NCBI GenBank assembly: GCA_963783385.1
Contig: CAWANJ010000009.1
Coordinates: 932,242-996,241 of the forward strand
From: an uncultured Gemmatimonadales bacterium
GTDB taxonomy: Bacteria > Gemmatimonadota > Gemmatimonadetes > Palauibacterales > Palauibacteraceae
Length of the DNA: 64,000 nt
Reading direction: 5' to 3'
Below are positions 1 through 11,682 of the stretch, piece by piece. A model generated the notes under the pieces. That model searched no databases and was not told where the DNA came from. It was given only the letters and a program-made list of their open reading frames with translations. Made by a program: the position numbers and the translations under genes. Numbering within the stretch: position 1 is the first letter of the stretch; each line of letters starts with the position of its first letter.

Positions 1-2266
1 GTCAGGGTCGTATCCACACCCGGCTGGAAGGCGTACAGGTCCCGCGTGGGCAGAGTCGTGCGCACCACCATCCAGTGACCGTCGGGTGCCCACAGGGCCT
101 CCGCCAGCGCCCTGTCGGATCCGAGCATCCTCTTCGCCTTACCGCTGAAGTCGGCGGACCTCTCGTAGATGGACGCGTTGTTGTTTCCCGGGTCGACGAT
201 GTAGGCCACCCTCTTGCCGTCCGGACTCCAGGTCGGACGATACTTGAGGAACTCCCCGAAGGTCAGCCGGGAAAGCGGACCGTGATCCCGGTCCAGCTGC
301 TTGATCCAGATGTCGGAGGTCGGCCGGCCCGCGATGGCGACGGCCAGTCGCCGGCCGTCCGGTGACAGGCTCATCCCGCCGTTGAAGGGCCGGTCGAAGG
401 TCCAGCCCGAATCGACGGGCGTGGCGACGCCCTCCCGGCTGACCCAGACCGGGCGGACCGTCTCCCTGACGTCTCGGGGCTCCCCGGCGTAGTAGACCAG
501 CGTGCCCGCGTTGGAGACGTCGTAATTCGCCACGTACCCGACGTTCGTCGCGACGCCGTTGATCACGGGAACCGCCGGACCGGTCACCTCCAGCTTGTCC
601 GGATCGAACGGTACCGCCACGAGCGACCCGTTCGCCCGCGCGATGAGGAGGTTCCCCGTGGGGAGGTACTCCGCTCGCCGTCCGGCCTGGAGGAGGCGGT
701 ACCTGTCCGTCTTCAGGTCGAGGACCGCGATCCTGGTGTCGTTGGGCCGGGTCGGCCCGTACCAGACGGAGAACAGCAGCCCGCGACCGTTCGGCAGCGC
801 GGCCGGGTCGACCTGGGCGAACTCGTGCTGGGCGGTGTCGATCCGGGTGCGGACCCTCGCCGCGCCCCCGGTCACCGGGTATCCGACGATCCCCGGCCCT
901 CCCGGAGTGCCGAAGCCGCCGGACGAATAGATGACCCCGTCCGGTCCCCACGCGGTGCCGCCTCCGGCGGCCGAGAGTGAATCGGTCACGACGGTCGGGG
1001 GGGCGCCATCCAGCCCGACGACCTTGAGCACTCCGGGGGCGATCTCGAAGGCCAGCTGACGGCCGTCCGGCGACCACGAAATGAACCGCGCGCCCTCGGT
1101 GCCGGGGATCGGGATGGCCGTGGAGCTGGTCGCGGTTCCGGATCCAGATCTGCCGTCGGACCGGCCTTCCCGCCGCCGATGTAGGCGATCCGGCTCCCGT
1201 CGGGGCTGATGGCCAGGACGCCGACACGGTCGGTCGTGAGGGACTCGGGCTCGGACAGCTGGAGCGCGTAGCGTGTCACGGACTCCTGGGGGGCGCTCCG
1301 GGTCCGGGACCAGACCCACCCGCCCGCGGCGAGGGTGAGGCCCCAGAGCACCCACCCGGCCAGGGTGATGCGCGTCCCCCACCGGCGGGCACCGAAGACC
1401 GACGCTTCCGTCGAGGCGGCCGTGGAACGGTACCCCGGGTCGGCCAGCGCGTCCGCGAACTCCCTCGCCGAATCGAACCGATCGGCCGGCAGCTTCTCCA
1501 GCGCCTTCCCGATCGCCGCCGCCACGTTCGGCGGCACGCTCTTCCGCAGCTTCGTGACCGGCGCCGGCTCCTCGGTCACGATCTTCATGATGATCTGCTG
1601 CGCCGACCCGCCCAGGTGCGGCGGCTCCCCCGTCAGCATCTCGTACAGCACGCTGGCCAGTGAATAGACGTCCGAGCGGCCCGTGATATCGGGCTCCGCC
1701 GTCGCCTGCTCCGGGCTCATGTAGTGCGGCGTGCCGAGACTGAGCCCCGTCTCCGTCATGCGCCCGCCGGCCGCCGCGCTCACCGCCAGCGCGATCCCGA
1801 AGTCCGCCACCATCGGACGGCCGGCGTGGATCAGGATGTTCTCCGGCTTGATGTCGCGGTGGACGACCCCGTGCTCGTGGGCGTACTGGAGGGCGTCGGC
1901 CACCTCGGTCGTGAGGTCCACAGCCTCCTGCACCGGGAGCTGCTTCTCCCGGTTCAGCCGGTCCCGCAGCGACTCGCCCTCGACGTAGGGCATCACGTAG
2001 TAGAGGAAGCCGTCCGCGGTGCCCGAGTCGAACAGGGGCAGGATGTTGGGGTGCTGCAGAGAGGCGGTGGTCGTGATCTCCTGGACGAACCGGTCGGCGC
2101 CCAGGACGGCGGCCAGCTCGGGCTTGAGGACCTTGATCGCGACCCGCCGGTGGTGCTTCAGGTCCTCGGCCAGGTAGACCGTGGCCATGCCACCCTCGCC
2201 GAGCTCGCGCTCGATGCGGTAACGGTCCGCAAGGGCAGCGGCCAGGCGGTCGGGGGCGTCACTCAC
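1..2266 (-). CDS. Ser/Thr protein kinase K1 + TM + TolB/PD40-like beta-propeller; runs off the left end of the window; frameshifted
   Basis: Kinase motifs [36 protein letters not shown]; hydrophobic segment ITLAGWVLWGLTLAAGGWVW; ISPDG/SPDG repeats continue across a frameshift near 1150; GTG start overlaps the K2 stop. Confidence 0.9.
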
Positions 2267-4864
2267 CGCAAACCATCCACGGTATAGAGCCGAGACGTGT
2301 ACAGGAACTGGTTGTAGGCGTACACGTGGGGATCATCCGCCAGCGTCGGCCGGTCGAAGCCGCGCACCCCACGCAGCTCACGGGGCACGACGCTCAGAAG
2401 CGTCGCGCGCGCGCCGGTGACGGGATCGACGCGAGCGAAGTCCAGGCTCGAGGCGGAGCTCCTATTCGTCCACACCCACACCTCGCGTCCCTCCGGGCTC
2501 CACCGGATCAGGACATCGCCTGGACGGACTCCGAGCGCACGTCGGGGCGCGCCCCCGTCCAGGGGGTAGATGGCCACGCTGTCCCCGACCCGGGCCAGCA
2601 CGCGCCGGCCGTCCGGCGAGATGACTGCCTGAGACGTTCCCGGGGGAGTCACAGGGATCGGGGCGGCGTGCGACAGCGAATCGACGTAGCAACGCTCGGA
2701 TCGCTGCGGCTCCGTTCCGCAGAAGAAGACGATGGTGTCACGCCCGGCCACCCGGACGTCCCCGCTCGTCCCGAGGTCCAACGTCTGGAACTGGCCGGAG
2801 TCGATCCGCCGCGCCGAGCCCGGACCGGTGGGATAGAGCATGAGCTTTGCCGGAGTGGTGGGCAGGCCCGCCAGGACGAGGCCGTCGCCGCGGGCCACGG
2901 CCATCGGAGTCCCCGCGCCGAGGCGGACCAGCTGAGAACCGTCCGACTTCCGCCACAGCAAGGAGTAGTCGGTACCGCCCATCGAGCCCGCATCGCTGTA
3001 CGCCAGGTGGCGGCCGTCCCCGCTGAGCACCGGCCTCTGCGACCAATTGCGCACGCCCATGTCCGTCTCCTCGGCGGCGCCCGGCCCGCGCCCGACGACA
3101 CGCTCTATCTGGCGATCTTCGGTCAGCAGAACACGACCCTCGCGGGAGACGTTCTGGACCGTCAGGTCGCCCGGACCGGAAAGGGCCCATCCGTCCCGTC
3201 CAGACCGGTCCATTCTCGCGCAACGCGAAGCTGACAACCCCGGTACCTCCTCCCCCGGCGGCCGAGTAGAAGATGCCCTTCCCGTCCGGCCACCACGCGA
3301 CACCCTCGGTCCCCTGAAAGTCCACCGACCTGGCCAGGGTGCGGCCCGTGCGATCGGCGATGATGGCGGAGCCGCGATCGTCGAACTTCGCGGGGTGCTC
3401 GAGGTACGCGATCGCGTCGCCCGAGGGCGAGACCCTGGGATCCGAGAGGTAGCCCTGGGAGCGCACGAGGACCGTCCCCACCGGGTACTCGAGGAGGTCC
3501 GTTCCGCTGCTGTCGCGGATCACGGCCATGGTCTTTCCGTCCGGGCCCCAGGCGGCCTCTCGCACACCCGTTGTCACCTCGCGCGGCGCCTCGCCCCCGA
3601 GCGAGACCGTCGCCAGCGTGCCCGAGAACAGGCGATGGCCACCGAGGTAGCTCGCGTGCGTGAGGATGGCGAGCTGGCCCGTGCTCGAAACGTCCAGCAG
3701 GTGCGCCGAGTCCGGGCCAAACGGGACGGGATCCGGGTGGTCGGGCCGGATGACGTACAGGCGCGACACGATCCCGACATCGGGCATGCCGCTGAACACG
3801 ATCGTCTGCCCGTCGGGCATGAAGCGCGCGTTGAAGATCGAACGGGAGTCGAACGTCCGGGCCGTGAACCACGGCGGCGAGGCGGGTGCCGCGCCACGCA
3901 TCAGGAGGACCGACAGCACCACCCCGGCCACGGCTACCGTGACCGTCCCCCACGACCAGGGGCTGCGAATCCACCCCCGGAAACCACGCGCACCGGGCGC
4001 GCCGGCCACCGCGCCCCCGGTGACCCGGAACGCAGGATTCTGCAGTGCCTCCGCGAATGCCGTGGCCGTCTCGAACCGGTCCGCCGGCAGCTTCTCCAGC
4101 GCCTTGGCCACCGCCGCCGCCACGTTGGGCGGCACCGCCTTGCGCAGCTTCGTGACCGGCGCCGCCTCCTCGGTCACGATCTTCATGATGATCTGCTGCG
4201 CCGAAGACCCGGTGTGCGGAGGGTCCCCCGTCAGCATCTCGTACAGCACGCTGGCCAGCGAGTAGACGTCGCTCCGGCCCGTGATGTCCTTCTCCGCGGT
4301 GGCCTGCTCCGGGCTCATGTAGTGCGGCGTGCCCAGGGAGAGCCCCGTCTCCGTCATGCGCCCGCCCGCCGCCGCCGAGACCGCCAGCGCGATCCCGAAG
4401 TCCGCCACCATGGGCCGCCCGCCGTGGAGGAGGATGTTCTCGGGCTTGATGTCCCGGTGCACGACGCCGTGCTCGTGCGCGTATTGGAGCGCGTCGGCCA
4501 CCTCGCTCACCAGCTTCACGGACTCCTCGACCCCGAGCTGCGTCTCGCGGTCGAGCCTGGCGCGCAGTGTCTCCCCTTCCACGTACGGCATCACGTAGAA
4601 GAGGAAGCCGTCGGCTTCGCCCGAGTCGAAGAGCGGCAGGATGTTGGGATGCTGCAGTGCCGCCGTCGTCGCGATCTCCTGCACGAAGCGGTCGGCGCCC
4701 AGCACCGCGGCCAGCTCGGGCTTCAGCACCTTGATCGCGACCTGCCGGTGGTGCTTCAGGTCCTCGGCCAGGTAGACCGTGGCCATGCCGCCCTCGCCCA
4801 GCTCCCGCTCGATCCGGTAGCGATCGGACAGGGCGGCGGCGAGGCGGTCGGGGACGTCAGCCAT
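2263..4864 (-). CDS. Ser/Thr protein kinase K2 + TM + beta-propeller (frameshifted ~3200)
   Basis: ORF 2738..4870 holds the kinase, TM and WGPDG/SPSG repeats; ORF 2263..3303 supplies the C-terminus (ISPDG, WSPEG, ...SRLYTVDGLR). Confidence 0.9.
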
Positions 4865-4884
4865 AGGCACTCACCTGCATGCGC

Positions 4885-7557
4885 TCAACTCCCCCCGGCG
4901 CCGCGCATGCGCGCTCGAAGCTCGCTGCGCCACCCGTACACGACGTCGTAGTCCGGTGTCTGCTCGCTCCGGATCATCAGCAGCCGGGTGCCGTCCGGCG
5001 ACACGTCGTAGTCGGCGTGGGGCGCCTGCGCGAACACGTAGCGGTCGGCGAACAGCTCGGTGCGGCCAGTGACGGAGAAACCGCCGGTCGTGCTCACGGA
5101 GGCGGCGATGACGTATCGACCGTCGCGGTAGAAGATCGTCTTTCCGTCGCGGGCCCACACGGGCTCCGCGCCGCCCGAGACCGAGACCTGAACCTGCCCG
5201 CCCGGTCCCGGGAACGGCTGCACGACGACCTGCCCCGCGCCCGACCGGTCGGTGACGTACGCGACCCACTTCCCATCCGGGGAGACCCGCGCCTGGGTCT
5301 CCACGAACCGCGTGGCCGCCACGGGCCGGGACGCCGTGTCGCCGGTGAGCGCCCGGACCATGATGTCGGCCTGGGTCGCGCCGCCATTGTCCATTCTGGT
5401 AGACCAACGACCGGCCGTCTGGCGTGATCACCCCCTCGAAGACGTTGTGCTGGTCGCTCACCTGCAACGGCGTCGCCGGCGCACTCTGGTCGGCCGGTTG
5501 CCACCAGATGCCCGGCCGGCCGCTGCGGTCGGAACGGTACAGGACTCGGCGCCCATTGGGGCTCCACTCCGGGCGGTCGTTCTGGGTCCCGGAGCTGGTG
5601 ATCCGGGTCAGCGTGCCCGAGGCGATGTCGTAGAGCCAGATGTCCGAGCGCCCGGCGGCGCCGATCGACATCGCGATCCGCTTCCCGTCCGGCGAGAGCC
5701 TCGGGTAGGCATAGGCCTGGGGCCTCGACAACAGCGGCGTGAACCGGCCGTGCAGGTCGACCCATCCCAGCGCGGCTTCGCCGGCGGCCGGCTGGTACAC
5801 CAGCGTCCCCGTGGGGGACAGGGCCGCCAGGCTGGTCCCCTGCACCGCGATCGCGACGATGGGACCGAGACCGACAGGATTCCCGGTGACGCCACCGCTC
5901 TCGAGATCGAAGGGCACGCCCGTGAGGGCGCCCGAGGGCGAGACGTACACCAGGGTCCCGTCCACGTACCCGAGCACGTCCGTCAGCGGGAGTGCGAGCC
6001 GCCGCACCGCGCCGGTCTTCAGCGAGACCGCGCCGAGTCGGGCCTGGACACTTCCGGAGACCGGATGAATCGAGAACAGGACCGTCTTTCCGTCGGGAAG
6101 CGCGCGGGGCTGGCTGAAGTAGAAGTCACCCGCGGCGGTGTCCGGGGCGGCCAGCCGCCGCGGCGTACCCCCGTCCTGCGGATAAGCGACGAGGTCATCC
6201 TCGGTCGCCAGGACGATGACGCCGGAGCGGCTCCACGTCACCCCGGTCGGTACCGATCCGACGTCACCGACGCGCACGGGTGTCCCGCCCGAGACCCGGA
6301 CCTTCCAGAGGGTCGTGCCGACCAGGTACGCGATCCACTCCCCGTCGGGCGAGAAACAGGGCTGCTGAGCCCCGTTCGTGCCGGCGAACACGCGGGCCGA
6401 GCCCTGGCGGAGCGGTCGGACGTAGAGGCGCGCCGTCCCCGTCGAGTCGGGCAGCGCGTAGGCAACGGCGAGGCCATCCGGCGAGACGGCCACGTCCGTG
6501 GCCGGGGCTGCGTTGGCCGAGAGCATCGTCGACGGCAACTCGAGCTTGAACCGAACGACCGCGCCCGGTGCCTCGCGATGCGCGGAACGCCAACCCCACG
6601 CCGCGAGGGCGGAGGTGAGGACGAGCGCCGCCCCGAGGCCGAGGACGAGCGGGTGGCGGGCCATCGCGCGGGCCGACGTGGCGGCGCCGGAGAATCCGGC
6701 CGCCGCCGTGCCGGCCCGGAAGTGCACGTCCGCCAGCGCGTCCGCGAACGCCTTCGCCGAGTCGAACCGGTCCGCCGGCAGCTTCTCCAGCGCCTTCCCG
6801 ATCGCCGCCGCCACATTGGGCGGCACCGAGCTTCCGCAGCTTCGTGACCGGCGCCGGCTCCTCGGTCACGATCTTCATGATGATCTGCTGCGCCGACCCG
6901 CCCAGGTGCGGCGGCTCCCCCGTCAGCATCTCGTACAGCACGCTCGCCAGCGAGTAGATGTCCGAGCGCCCCGTGATGTCGGGCTCCGCCGTCGCCTGCT
7001 CCGGCGACATGTAGTGCGGCGTCCCAGAGCTGAAGCCCCGTCTCCGTCATGCGCCCGCCGGCCGCCGCGCTCACCGCCAGCGCGATTCCGAAGTCGGCCA
7101 CCATGGGCCGACCCTCGTGCAGGAGGATGTTCTCCGGCTTGATGTCGCGGTGGACGACCCCGTGCCGGTGCGCGTAATCCAGCGCGTCGGCGACCTCCGA
7201 GGTCAGATCCACCGCCTCCTGCACGGGGAGCTGCTTCTCGCGGTTCAGCCGGTCCCGGAGCGACTCCCCCTCGACGAAGGGCATGACGTAGAACAGGAAG
7301 CTGTCCGCCGAGCCCGAGTCGAACAGGGGGAGGATGTTCGGGTGCTGGAGCGAGGCGGTGGTGGTGATCTCCTGGATGAACCGGTCGGCGCCCAGGACGG
7401 CGGCCAGCTCGGGCTTGAGGACCTTGATGGCCACCTTGCGGTGGTGCTTCAGGTCCTCGGCCAGGTAGACGGTGGCCATGCCCCCTTCACCGAGCTCGCG
7501 CTCGATGCGGTAGCGATCCGCCAGGGCGGCGGCCAGGCGCGGGGGGAGGTCGGGCAT
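4885..7557 (-). CDS. Ser/Thr protein kinase K3 + TM + PD40 beta-propeller; first gene of array 1 (several frameshifts)
   Basis: Pieces in ORFs 6238..7635, 6264..7010, 4871..6826 and 4885..5394; ATG at 7557 (MPDLPPRLAAALADRY). Confidence 0.88.
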
Positions 7558-7610
7558 GGCGCCCAAGATGGGAACGGACCGTGAATTGCGCCAGAATCGC
7601 ACTACGACGC
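7558..7610 (-). promoter_or_regulatory. Probable leaderless promoter of kinase array 1, homologous to the region upstream of array 2
   Basis: CCATCTTGGGCGCC-ATG and CCAGAATCG..CA.T.CGAC are shared with 46069-46120; no SD sequence before the ATG. Confidence 0.5.
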
Positions 7611-7743
7611 TCGCTCGGGCCGTCCAGCGAACCACGTGAGCTGCAGCCCACGGTGCATCCCACCGTTTGCCGGGCCGATCCAGGCCGATCTACGTTCGGG
7701 ACGTCGGGCGGGCTTTTCGGAACCTCACACCCGGGAAGGCGTC

Positions 7744-8331
7744 ATGCGCGCAACGTCGATAGCAGCATCGGTGGCCCTGTGGACCGCGGTCGCGATCGCG
7801 GCCGGCGGGTGCGGCGGCGGGAAGGCCGACACCTCGTCCAGCTCCTCGTCGGCATCCGCGAGCGAGACCGGGGGCTCTTTCCCGAACGCGTCGCTGGACC
7901 CCTGCTCCCTGCTCACCGCCGACCAGGTGGCCGCGGTCCTCGGGATGAAGGTGGACCCGGCCAAGGCGGACTCGAGCGCGGGAGAGGGGTCCCGGGGCTG
8001 CAGTTGGACCACCGCGGCCTACGACGCCGGCGGCTCGGCCCTGATGGGCCACGTGGGCATCGTGACGCTGATCGTCGTCGGGCCCAACCCGGCGCTCGCC
8101 AGCCGCTTCCCCACCGCCAGGTCCTTCTTCGCGTTCCAGAAGCAGATCGTGCCCAACCAGCAGCCCGTGTCCGGAGTCGGCGACGAGGCCATGATCGCCG
8201 GCAAGCAGCAGGATCTGTGGGCGCGCAAGGGCGACGTGGTACTCCGGCTGTTCGTCACCGGAGGCCTGGGCGACACCTCGGAGCTGAAGCCGCTCAAGCA
8301 GCTGATGACCGAGGCGCTGTCCCGGACCTGA
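7744..8331 (+). CDS. Lipoprotein, DUF3558-like
   Basis: Signal peptide with lipobox AAGGC, Ser-rich linker, DPCSLLT...CSW and PVSGVGDEA motifs. Confidence 0.7.
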   Translation: MRATSIAASVALWTAVAIAAGGCGGGKADTSSSSSSASASETGGSFPNASLDPCSLLTADQVAAVLGMKVDPAKADSSAGEGSRGCSWTTAAYDAGGSALMGHVGIVTLIVVGPNPALASRFPTARSFFAFQKQIVPNQQPVSGVGDEAMIAGKQQDLWARKGDVVLRLFVTGGLGDTSELKPLKQLMTEALSRT

Positions 8332-8403
8332 TGCGTCGTCCCGGGCGGCGGTCCGGGCGTCGGCCGGCGGCGGGCGCGAGGCCGGCCGCGCCCCGGCCGC
8401 AGG

Positions 8404-9363
8404 TCAGGAAGCCCTGGCCCCCAGGGACCGGGTCAGGCTCTTGAGGTCCAGCTTCCCGGCGCGGTCGTGGATGGCCTCCTCGACCCTGGGATAGATCGTG
8501 TGGGCCTCCTGCTGGAACCGGGTGAACTGCGTCCTCAGGTCCTCGGCGCTCAGCTTCCTGCCCTGCGCGTAGTACTGGTCCGCGACATGCCCCAGCGCGT
8601 AGGTGGCCGCGAAGGTGATGGCCGCGCCGGTCGCCACCCGGGCCGCCCCGCCGATGAGGCCGCCGAGCAGGCCGCCGGCGACCCCGCCCAGCAGCTTGAT
8701 CGCCACCCCCTCGATGGACTGTGCGGCCGCGCCCAGCCCCAGCGTCGCGGCCAGGTCTTTCACCTGGGACAGGTCCAGCTTCTGGCCGTGGCGCTGGCCG
8801 ATCTCGTAGACCATGCGGAGCTGCAGCGGGAGGATGGCGATGTTGGCCAGGTGGTCCGGGAGGATCTCGAGGGCGCCGGTGAGGATCGCCTGGTCGAGGA
8901 TGTAGTCCTCGAGCTCCCCGTCGGGCGCGCCCGCGGCGCCCGCCTCCGCGCCCGGAGCGCTCGCCTCCGTGACCTTCCCGCCCTTCCCGGCCGCGGCCCC
9001 GGCGGACAGCCCGCTCGCCGTCTTGTCCAGCTCGGCCACGGTGGTGGCGTCCAGCCCGAGGGCATCCTGGAGGTGGTCGAGGAACTGTTCCTCCGCAGGG
9101 TTGGCGGGGCCGTCGGCGTGGCACACGGCCAGCGCCGAGGTATAGGCGGCGCGCCGCGCCTCCTCGCCTGAGAGACGTCCCGCCACGTCGGCGACCCGGA
9201 GCGTCCCGTCGCTCACCTGTTTGGCGAGCCGGCTGATGTCGGGGTTTCCGATGCGCTCGACGGCCTCGTGGACGGCCGCCTGCTCGGCGGCGTCGGTCTC
9301 GCCGTCCGCCTTGGCGGCCAGCATGGCGAGGGCGATCAGGGGTGCGTGGTCGGACTGGTTCAT
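8404..9363 (-). CDS. TerB-like N-terminal domain + DUF697-like membrane domain protein
   Basis: AAKADG..DAAE and VCHADG..NPAE TerB-type motifs; IAILPLQLRMVYEIG and Gly-rich helices; ATG at 9363. Confidence 0.75.
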   Translation of the reverse strand: MNQSDHAPLIALAMLAAKADGETDAAEQAAVHEAVERIGNPDISRLAKQVSDGTLRVADVAGRLSGEEARRAAYTSALAVCHADGPANPAEEQFLDHLQDALGLDATTVAELDKTASGLSAGAAAGKGGKVTEASAPGAEAGAAGAPDGELEDYILDQAILTGALEILPDHLANIAILPLQLRMVYEIGQRHGQKLDLSQVKDLAATLGLGAAAQSIEGVAIKLLGGVAGGLLGGLIGGAARVATGAAITFAATYALGHVADQYYAQGRKLSAEDLRTQFTRFQQEAHTIYPRVEEAIHDRAGKLDLKSLTRSLGARAS

Positions 9364-9462
9364 GGCACTGGCACTCGGCTTCGAAGGTGGACGGTCGGCT
9401 GCTGGCGATCTTTCAATATACGGGGCGGCGACCTCACCCACCTGCCCGCAGGGAGCGGACCG

Positions 9463-9480
9463 ACGTTTCAGCTGAAACGT
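9463..9480. repeat. Palindrome copy 1: ACGTTTCAGCTGAAACGT
   Basis: Perfect 18-bp palindrome read directly; its 16-bp core recurs at 46125, 47472 and 48193. Confidence 0.95.
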
Positions 9481-9511
9481 GCGGAAGGCAGCGCCGGGAC
9501 GAACGAACCGC

Positions 9512-10030
9512 TCACCCCGAGCAGGTCGGCCCGGCCTCCTTCTTCGGCCGGAAGTCCCTGTCCCTGACCGCCTCGCTGGCGTGGCCGCTGCGGCCGTAGA
9601 TGGCCGACAGGGTGCCGAGCTGCTGCACGCCGAAGTCATCCAGGCACCCGTCGATGAAGGCCAGGAAGTAGCCGTAGCTGCCGCTCAGGGAGATCGCGTA
9701 CGTCCAGATCGTGATCCGGTGACCGTAGCGCACGTCCCTGAACGACAGGGGCGGCTGGTAGCGGTCCGGCGGGGCCCCCAGGACCGTCCGCACCCGCTCG
9801 ATCGACAGGTTCCGCTCGAGCACGGCCTTCCCCAGCGAGTCGAGGACGCTGAATACGCGCGCCTCGACGTCGTGGTCGCAGGGGCCCCCGGAGCACTGTT
9901 CCTTGTAGCTGATGGTGGGCAGGCCCCGGAGGACGTCGCGGGGAGAACTCTGCGCGAGGCCCGTGGACGAACCGCCCACGAGCGCGGCGACGACTAGCGC
10001 GGCCGCGGCGAGCGTCCGGATCGCTTGCAT
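9512..10030 (-). CDS. Hypothetical secreted protein
   Basis: MQAIRTLAAAALVVAALVGG signal peptide after a GGAGG RBS; several Cys; high-GC codon use. Confidence 0.6.
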   Translation of the reverse strand: MQAIRTLAAAALVVAALVGGSSTGLAQSSPRDVLRGLPTISYKEQCSGGPCDHDVEARVFSVLDSLGKAVLERNLSIERVRTVLGAPPDRYQPPLSFRDVRYGHRITIWTYAISLSGSYGYFLAFIDGCLDDFGVQQLGTLSAIYGRSGHASEAVRDRDFRPKKEAGPTCSG

Positions 10031-10068
10031 TCGCCCTCCTCGAGGGTACAGGTCACGCATGCGCCCCC

Positions 10069-10627
10069 CTACGACGGTCGCTGCACCGACAGGCGCATCT
10101 CCGTCAGGCCGCCGGCGCTCGACCTCACCTCCACCACCCTGAGCGGGGGCGAGACGATCTGTCCCGTGAACAGGGGGGCGCCCTCCGCCAGGATCACGGG
10201 CGCGATCGTCACGACGATCTCGTCCAGCAAGCCCCGCTCGTGGAACTGGGCCGCGAGGTCTCCGCCTCCCGCCAGCCACACGTCCCTTCCCGACGCCGCC
10301 TCACGCATGTCCTCGAACACGGGCGCCACGTCGCCGGACACGAACCGGATGTTCGCCCCCGGGACCTCGCGCAGCGAGCGAGACGTGAACACCCACGTCG
10401 GCTGCTCGTGCGGCCAGGCCCTGGGGTTCTCCGGATCCTCGTAGACGTGGTTTAGGAGGAGCCACTCGTACGTATGCGAGCCCATGGCGATCGCGCCCAC
10501 GTCGCGGATGAAGGACCCGAAGCCCGCGCGTCCCCGTCATGTCGAATTGGAACAGCCAGTCCAGCGAGTGCTCGGGGTCCGCAATGTAGCCGTCCAGGCT
10601 CGCCGCCGTACAGTAGATGGTCTTCAT
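10069..10627 (-). CDS. Dihydrofolate reductase/RibD C-terminal family protein (frameshift ~10520)
   Basis: TAASLDGYIAD...LDWL, MGSHTYEW, WLAGGGDLA, LLDEIVVTIAPVILAEG. Confidence 0.88.
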
Positions 10628-10683
10628 CGTCCTCCGGCTCGTCGTCATGGAGCCATGGCCCGGGCTCGACGGGATGCGTCCGC

Positions 10684-11682
10684 TCAGCCGGCGTTGTCCG
10701 GAAGCCGATCGAACAGCGTGCAGCGCCGGACGATGATCGCCGTGTCCGCCCGCCCCAGGGCCCGGGCCTCGTTGAGGGCGACCTGGCCCGCCAGGGCGAA
10801 ACGATCCACGGCCGTCAGGTAGCTGATCCCCGGGACCGTGGGATCGTACTTCTTCGGGGGCGGCGCCCCCTCGATGGGCTCGAAGCGGGCCGCCCCGTGT
10901 CCGGCCTCGAACCGGGCTCGCTGGCTCCTGTCGCGGACATCCATGGAGAAGAGCCGGGCGTGCGCCTCCCGCGCCAGCTCCTGGCACACGGGATCGGGCG
11001 AGCGGCCCAGGTGCTCGATGGCCACCTCGAGGTCGTCGAGCGGGGCGCGCGCGACGCACTGGACCTCGAGCGTGGAGGGCCCCGCGTCCGCCGGGGAGTC
11101 CTTTGGCTCGTCCTCGTCCGGCACGGGCCAGGTGGACCGCACCCGGCAGTACGTGTCCCGGCTCTCGAGGCCGTAGGAAGTCGAGCCGCCGCTGTCGGCC
11201 TGGTCGTACTTCAGGTACACCCAGCCGGCCCGGAGGAAGAGCGAGTCCGCGAGCGACCCCTCGGCGTCCCGGTACTCGGTCCGCAGCGTGCATCCCGGGC
11301 GGCCCTCGTAGGCGGCGCCCTCCTCCCGCCGGGGCGTGGTCCCCGTGGCCCGCTCCACCCAGGCGGCCGCGCTGTCGCAGGCGGTCCGGAGATCCGCGTA
11401 GGAGGCCGTGGGCCGGGGCGGCTCCGGACCGGGCGGCGGCGACCAGGGCATCTCCCTGGCGTGCATGGCCGGGAGCCCTCCGCGCGAGCCGATGGCCCCG
11501 GCCACCACCGCGCCGGTGTCAGCCGGCCGGGCCGCCGCCCCCGCGGCCGGGACCGAGTCGGCGGGCCCGTTCCCCGCGCGCCGCTCCTCCCCGCCCCGTC
11601 CAGCGCAGGCCGGCGCCAGGACCGCGCAGGCGGCGAGGGCCGCGCACAGGGCGCGTCGAGGACTCCTGTCGCGAACGCTCAT
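10684..11682 (-). CDS. Hypothetical lipoprotein
   Basis: Lipobox LAPAC; ATGA overlap with the upstream gene. Confidence 0.6.
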   Translation of the reverse strand: MSVRDRSPRRALCAALAACAVLAPACAGRGGEERRAGNGPADSVPAAGAAARPADTGAVVAGAIGSRGGLPAMHAREMPWSPPPGPEPPRPTASYADLRTACDSAAAWVERATGTTPRREEGAAYEGRPGCTLRTEYRDAEGSLADSLFLRAGWVYLKYDQADSGGSTSYGLESRDTYCRVRSTWPVPDEDEPKDSPADAGPSTLEVQCVARAPLDDLEVAIEHLGRSPDPVCQELAREAHARLFSMDVRDRSQRARFEAGHGAARFEPIEGAPPPKKYDPTVPGISYLTAVDRFALAGQVALNEARALGRADTAIIVRRCTLFDRLPDNAG

